A stretch of 64,000 nucleotides of DNA, taken from positions 1 through 64,000 of IMG/VR virus record IMGVR_UViG_3300034200_001536; one strand, given 5' to 3'. Position 1 is the stretch's first letter, and every line of letters starts with the position of its first letter. Below are positions 59,226 to 64,000 of the stretch, piece after piece. The translations under genes and the position numbers were made by a program. Under the pieces are notes generated by a model. It was not told the origin of the DNA. It ran no database searches and saw nothing but the letters and a program-made list of their open reading frames with translations. The DNA comes from a virus.

Positions 59226-60575
59226 ATGTCAGATTTGTTACAACAAGCGATGATTGATGCTGCCGCTTTAAAAGAAGCAGCCATTAAGAATGCCGAAAAC
59301 GCATTGATTGAAAAATATTCTCAAGAATTCAATCAAACAGTACAAAAATTATTAGAACAAGAAGTAGCGACAGCCCCAGAAGCTGCAGCTGCTTCTTCTC
59401 CATCTCCAGAAACTATGCAAACAGCCGGTATGTCTGATGCAGAACCTTCTTTAGACCCATCTACATTAGACCCAATGGCTGGCGGCTTAGAAACAGCAGG
59501 AGATATTGGCAAAAAGGATGCATTTTCTAAAGTCCCCGGTGCTTTTTCCAATATTTCTGATGATGAAATGATTACAATTAACTTTGACCAAATACGTGCA
59601 ACATTAAATGAAATGTTGGGTTATCAAACAAATCAAGACCCAACATCAGACGCTTTAGCACAAGGTAAGGCGCCTATTAATGTAACCGAAGAAGAAATTT
59701 CTTCACCTTCTAAAGTAAAAGTGAAAGTTGTTGGTGAAAAAGAATCAGAAGAAGAAAAAGAAGAAGAAAAAGAAGAAGAAGAAATGGAAGAATTGGAACT
59801 TGAAGAAGCAGAATTAGCTTCTCCTGAAGTTGTATCTGCCGAAAGAGAATTAGCTGATAAACAAGCTGCTGTTGCTAGTGCACAAAAGAAAATAGGTGAC
59901 GCTAAAGTTAAAGCTGCCGAAGAAGCTGCTCGTAAAGCTAAAGAAGCTGCTACAACAGCCACCCCTTCTTCTCTAGGAGAAGATATTGAATTGACCGAAG
60001 AAGAACTTCAAGAACTAGCTGAAGAATTAAAGGTTGATTTAAAGGTTGGTAACTTAAGCGACGGTTATCTCGGTTCCACAGAAACACAAAAACGTGAACA
60101 GCGTAATGTTGAGTTAGCAGCTGCACGTGATGAAGCGGCAGCAAAAGAACGCGAAGCAGAAATGCAAAAAATGAAAGACTTGATGCAAGAAAACGTAAAG
60201 TATAAAGATTTAAATAGTGAATTATTAAATGCAGTAGAATCATTAAAAGAACAAATGGAAAAAATTAATCTTTCTAATGCAAAATTATTATACACAAACA
60301 AAGCTCTAGGAAATATCTCCTTGAATGAGCGACAAAAACAAAATATTGTCGAATCAATTTCCAAAGCAGATAGTGTATTAGCGGCGAAGACAATCTATGA
60401 AACACTTCAAAATGCGGTTGATAGTGTAGCTAAAGAAAAAGAAGCTCCACAATCACTCCGCGAAGCATTAAATAGAGCACCTTCTCCATTCGTAGTAAAG
60501 AAGTCCTCTGCTAATAATATTAATGACTTAATGGCAGAAAGAATGAAAGCCCTAGCGGGTATCAAAAAACAATAA
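59226..60575 (+). CDS. gp22: prohead core scaffolding protein (T4 gp22-like)
   Basis: Acidic coiled coil directly before the MCP; NLSNAKLLY; C-terminal RMKALAGIK; many LxE sites. Confidence 0.8.
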   Translation: MSDLLQQAMIDAAALKEAAIKNAENALIEKYSQEFNQTVQKLLEQEVATAPEAAAASSPSPETMQTAGMSDAEPSLDPSTLDPMAGGLETAGDIGKKDAFSKVPGAFSNISDDEMITINFDQIRATLNEMLGYQTNQDPTSDALAQGKAPINVTEEEISSPSKVKVKVVGEKESEEEKEEEKEEEEMEELELEEAELASPEVVSAERELADKQAAVASAQKKIGDAKVKAAEEAARKAKEAATTATPSSLGEDIELTEEELQELAEELKVDLKVGNLSDGYLGSTETQKREQRNVELAAARDEAAAKEREAEMQKMKDLMQENVKYKDLNSELLNAVESLKEQMEKINLSNAKLLYTNKALGNISLNERQKQNIVESISKADSVLAAKTIYETLQNAVDSVAKEKEAPQSLREALNRAPSPFVVKKSSANNINDLMAERMKALAGIKKQ

Positions 60576-60595
60576 CTATCTTAAGGAGATATAAA

Positions 60596-62365
60596 ATGAG
60601 TAACATCTTGGAACGCCTCACAGAAGGCGTAGTAGAAAAAAACATGTTAAATGAAACAAAGGCAGTAGTAGGTAAGTGGGAAAAGTCTGGTCTTTTGGAA
60701 GGTTTAAAGACAGACCGTGAACGCAGCACCATGGCAGTATTATTAGAAAACCAAGCAAAAGAACTTCTCCGCGAATCAACCACAATGGCAGGAGGTGATG
60801 TTCAAGGTTTCGCAGCTGTAGCTTTCCCAATCGTACGCAGAGTATTCGCTGGCTTAATTGCTAACGACCTCGTATCTGTACAACCAATGAGCTTACCAAG
60901 CGGTCTTGTATTCTTCATGGATTTCCGTCGTGGTACAAACATTGGTAGCACTGGTGACACCGTATTCGCAGTATCTTCTTCACTATTCGGCGACCGTCTT
61001 GGTGTACAAATCACTGGCGGCGTTCGTGTAGACGGCGTAGATAATGCTGAAAAGGGTTTCTACAATCTTGCTAACGGCTATAACACATCACGCTACAGCA
61101 GCGGTGTAGCAACTGGTAGCGTAACATTACAAGCTGGTCCAATGAACTTGCAAGACGCTGGCGCAAACGCTTCAGCCACTGACTTGTCAGCTATTCGCTA
61201 TGATGCGGATTTATTATCCGACCCAGCATACGTATCAGCTTCCGTACTTAAGATTCCACTTGCTAGCTTGGATTATGGCACTCTATTAGCAGTACAAGAC
61301 GTATTTGCTACATCACTTGTAACAAGCAGCGCAGACGTAAACGCAGCTGGTGATTATACAGGCGGCGGCGCATTAGGTGCCGGTGCAAAAGTTATTCGTC
61401 GTTTGAGCAGCATCTCTGGTTCACACTTGTTATTAGCTGTAGCTACACCAAGCACAAGTCCAACAGTAGCAAACTTGTTCTCTGGTGCTAACTTTGCAGT
61501 TGTAACATATCCAATCAAGGATAATCTCACCAACGTAGGTACCGACGCTCTTGGTGCATTAGCCGGTGCAACACCTTGGACATTTGAAGGTTCTACTGCA
61601 ATTCCAGAAATCGAATTGAAGGTAGACAGCTTCTCCATCACTGCTCGCACACGTAAGCTCAAGGCTCAATGGACCCCAGAATTAGGTCAAGACTTGAACG
61701 CTTACCACAACTTGGACGCAGAAGTAGAATTAACCTCCATGTTATCTGAACAAATCGGTCTTGAAATCGACCAAGAAATTCTTAACGACTTAGTTAAGGG
61801 TGCAACAGCAGGTACCAAATATTGGAGCCGTCGTCCCGGTAAGTTCGTAAACCGTGCAACTGGCGCAGAAATCAATGCTGGTTCTCCAACATCACCACCA
61901 GACTTCACTGGTAACGTAAGCATGTGGTACGAAACACTCGTTGAAACAATCAACGATGTATCTGCCAACATTCACCGTAAGACATTACGCGGTGGTGCAA
62001 ACTTCCTCGTATGCTCACCAGAAGTTGCAAACATTCTTGAATTCACCAGCGGTTTCCGTGCATCTGTAACAAACGATGCAGAAAAGGGCACCGTAGGCGC
62101 AGTCAAGGTTGGCGATATGAACAAGAAGTGGGACGTTATCGTTCACCCATACTTCCTCCGTAACGTAATTCTCGTTGGCCGTAAGGGTGGCAGCTTCTTA
62201 GAAAGCGGTTACGTATATGCACCATACGTACCACTACAATCCACACCAACCATCTTCTCACCAACCGACTTTACACCACGTAAGGCTGTAATGACCCGTT
62301 ATGGTAAGGCAATGGTTCGTCCAGACATGTACGGTCTTGTAGTAGTAGAAGACCTCTTGGGCTAA
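60596..62365 (+). CDS. gp23: major capsid protein (T4 gp23-like)
   Basis: LLENQ, AFPIVRRVF, VSVQPMSLPSGLVF, TRKLKAQWTPELGQDLNAYH, YAPYVPL, MTRYG. Confidence 0.97.
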   Translation: MSNILERLTEGVVEKNMLNETKAVVGKWEKSGLLEGLKTDRERSTMAVLLENQAKELLRESTTMAGGDVQGFAAVAFPIVRRVFAGLIANDLVSVQPMSLPSGLVFFMDFRRGTNIGSTGDTVFAVSSSLFGDRLGVQITGGVRVDGVDNAEKGFYNLANGYNTSRYSSGVATGSVTLQAGPMNLQDAGANASATDLSAIRYDADLLSDPAYVSASVLKIPLASLDYGTLLAVQDVFATSLVTSSADVNAAGDYTGGGALGAGAKVIRRLSSISGSHLLLAVATPSTSPTVANLFSGANFAVVTYPIKDNLTNVGTDALGALAGATPWTFEGSTAIPEIELKVDSFSITARTRKLKAQWTPELGQDLNAYHNLDAEVELTSMLSEQIGLEIDQEILNDLVKGATAGTKYWSRRPGKFVNRATGAEINAGSPTSPPDFTGNVSMWYETLVETINDVSANIHRKTLRGGANFLVCSPEVANILEFTSGFRASVTNDAEKGTVGAVKVGDMNKKWDVIVHPYFLRNVILVGRKGGSFLESGYVYAPYVPLQSTPTIFSPTDFTPRKAVMTRYGKAMVRPDMYGLVVVEDLLG

Positions 62366-62373
62366 TAATTAAA

Positions 62374-62420
62374 AGAGGTTAAAATCTCTGCCCCGCTACT
62401 GAAAGGTAGCGGGGTTTTTT
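62374..62420 (+). terminator. intrinsic terminator preceded by a short hairpin
   Basis: CCCCGCTACT-GAAA-GGTAGCGGGG-T6; upstream AGAGGT/ATCTCT. Confidence 0.9.
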
Positions 62421-62446
62421 ATTTGTGAAGAAAGAAGATAATTACA

Positions 62447-62455
62447 ACTAATTAC
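62447..62455 (+). promoter_or_regulatory. putative late promoter ACTAATTAC
   Basis: Recurrent motif after the terminator; GAGGA RBS downstream. Confidence 0.6.
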
Positions 62456-62480
62456 TATACTATTTCCCGAGGAATAAAAG

Positions 62481-63785
62481 ATGGCACTTCCTAATTTTTC
62501 GCCTGCTTCGCAAATGAGTAAGGTGATATTACCACCAACTGGCAATGTCGCTAATGTAACTGTTACTAGTTTACCATTTGGTGTTTATGTATCAACAAAT
62601 TATTGGACAAATGAACAAATATCTTCTTATAAATCAGGTTCCGTAGAAGAAGTGGCGTTTGTTTATAAAAAGTTAGGCGGTGACGTAGTAGATATTGAAT
62701 TAGTTGAAACACAAGTTCATGCTGCTTATGAAGAAGCTTGTTTAGAATATTCATATCTTATCAATTTACATCAAGCAAAGAATGCTTTGCCATTTATTCT
62801 TGGACAAGATACAGGTTCGTTTAATAACGACGGACAATTAACGGGCAGCAATAGTGGAAGTTTATTAAATGCTAATCTTGCATTTCCAAAAATGCAATTT
62901 GTATATGCTAAAAACATTGGTATGGCAGTTAATACCTTAGTAGGCTTAAATGGTAATGAACCAATCTATTCTTCTTCTTTTAATATGGTTCCCGGTCAGC
63001 AAGATTATGATTTACAAGCAGCTGCTTCTGCTTCTGCCTTATCGGGCGGATGGGATTTAAACGATAAGCGCATTAATATACAAAAAGTTTATTATAAAAC
63101 CGCTGGTGCATCATGGAATTTTTATGGCTATTTCGGCGGTCTTAACGTTGTAGGTAACTTGTCAACATACGGTCAATATGCAGATGATAGCACATTTGAA
63201 ATTATTCCTGCATGGCAAAATAAATTACAAGCAATGGCGTATGAAGATGCAATTAAAACCCGTGTAAGCGATTGGTCATTCCAGATTCGTAATAACATGT
63301 TGAGAATATTTCCAGTTCCTAACGCATCTTCACCAGAAAAGTTTTGGTTTGATTTTACTGTTAGTTCAAATGCTTGGGAACAAACACCACAAACAGTGGG
63401 TATTAGCGGCTCTACAGCCCCAGCAGAAAGTGGAATCAATGGTATTAATAATATGAACACAATACCATTTCAAAACTTACCATATGATAAAATAAATAGC
63501 ATTGGTAAACAATGGATTCGTCGTTTTGCTTTAGCTTTATGCAAAGAAATGCTTGGTCAAATTCGTAGTAAGTGGGATAAAATTCCTATTCCCGGTGATT
63601 CAGTCGTTTTAAATGGCGATAAATTAATCAGTGAAGGTAAAGAAGAACAAGATAAACTTCGTGAAGAATTGAAAACACAACTTGCAGACATGACATATGT
63701 TAAGTTGGGAGAAGATAGCGCTAAAACAATGGAAGATGCTTCAAAAACACAAGCATATGTTCCAAATCTTATCTTTGTTGGTTAG
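62481..63785 (+). CDS. gp13: neck / head-tail adaptor protein (T4 gp13-like)
   Basis: KKLGGDVVDIEL...EEACLEY and WIRRFALALCKEMLGQIRSK..IPIPG..LNG. Confidence 0.8.
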   Translation: MALPNFSPASQMSKVILPPTGNVANVTVTSLPFGVYVSTNYWTNEQISSYKSGSVEEVAFVYKKLGGDVVDIELVETQVHAAYEEACLEYSYLINLHQAKNALPFILGQDTGSFNNDGQLTGSNSGSLLNANLAFPKMQFVYAKNIGMAVNTLVGLNGNEPIYSSSFNMVPGQQDYDLQAAASASALSGGWDLNDKRINIQKVYYKTAGASWNFYGYFGGLNVVGNLSTYGQYADDSTFEIIPAWQNKLQAMAYEDAIKTRVSDWSFQIRNNMLRIFPVPNASSPEKFWFDFTVSSNAWEQTPQTVGISGSTAPAESGINGINNMNTIPFQNLPYDKINSIGKQWIRRFALALCKEMLGQIRSKWDKIPIPGDSVVLNGDKLISEGKEEQDKLREELKTQLADMTYVKLGEDSAKTMEDASKTQAYVPNLIFVG

Positions 63786-63807
63786 TTTTGTCTTTGGAAT
63801 AATTTAA

Positions 63808-64000
63808 ATGGCACGTAAAAAGAAAACAAAAGCTAGTTTAGCTGAAAACATTGCTAGACAACCAGAAGCTCCTCCCCCGCCGTTATTTCTTGGCGAGAAG
63901 GAACGTAATCTTGTTAAGCAAGTAAATGATGAAATTATTGAGCGTGTTATTGGACAAACAGTTACCTACTATCCAATGAGCCGTGAACATACAAACTATC
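63808..64000 (+). CDS. gp14: head completion/neck protein (gp14-like), 5' part only
   Basis: MARKKK..PPPPLFLGEKERNLVKQVNDEIIERVIGQTVTYYP; follows gp13; runs off the window. Confidence 0.6.
   Translation, partial: MARKKKTKASLAENIARQPEAPPPPLFLGEKERNLVKQVNDEIIERVIGQTVTYYPMSREHTNY

Noticed and set aside
1275-63460. All other minus-strand ORFs and nested short plus-strand ORFs (e.g. 47037-47288)
   Set aside because: They lie mostly or entirely within well-supported, tightly packed plus-strand genes and have no recognisable motifs
1-64000. Alternative genetic code (TAG or TGA reassignment), common in some large phages
   Set aside because: Code 11 gives near-complete coding density with intact long genes; TAG ends genes at sensible boundaries
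1-64000. CRISPR array, tRNA genes, introns/inteins, transposases
   Set aside because: Intergenic gaps are short (about 120 nt or less outside terminator regions); no repeat-spacer pattern or cloverleaf seen; terminase, portal, primase and MCP are uninterrupted

Overview
Structural and morphogenesis region of a large, AT-rich, T4-related contractile-tailed phage. All real genes lie on the + strand and read in code 11. Gene order: gp55-like late sigma factor; spike/hub region (M15 peptidase gene, HxH spike gene, 2035-aa protein); baseplate wedge (gp25, gp6, 2865-aa LamG/gp7-like protein); several collar/baseplate paralogues; an internally duplicated tail-completion protein; a five-member paralogous fibre family; an inserted DNA-metabolism block (RuvC, primase, single-chain Mre11-Rad50); a putative lysis trio; then terminase, portal, prohead protease, S74 fibre, a divergent ribosomal protein bS21, scaffold, major capsid and neck genes. 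Most interesting unexplained signals: (1) a recurrent hydrophobic-[ST]-[GAS]-[SATNG] motif concentrated in outer virion proteins, a candidate virion glycosylation sequon; (2) a structured leader (promoter, hairpin, U7, RBS hairpin) conserved with covariation before two fibre genes; (3) a shared MKI..LKxIIKEE leader on small proteins, a candidate capsid-targeting signal; (4) an unannotated 23-aa peptide with its own late transcription unit; (5) apparent avoidance of GATC and CCWGG; (6) phage bS21 next to the capsid genes. All homology calls come from motif recognition by eye. No searches or counts were run.
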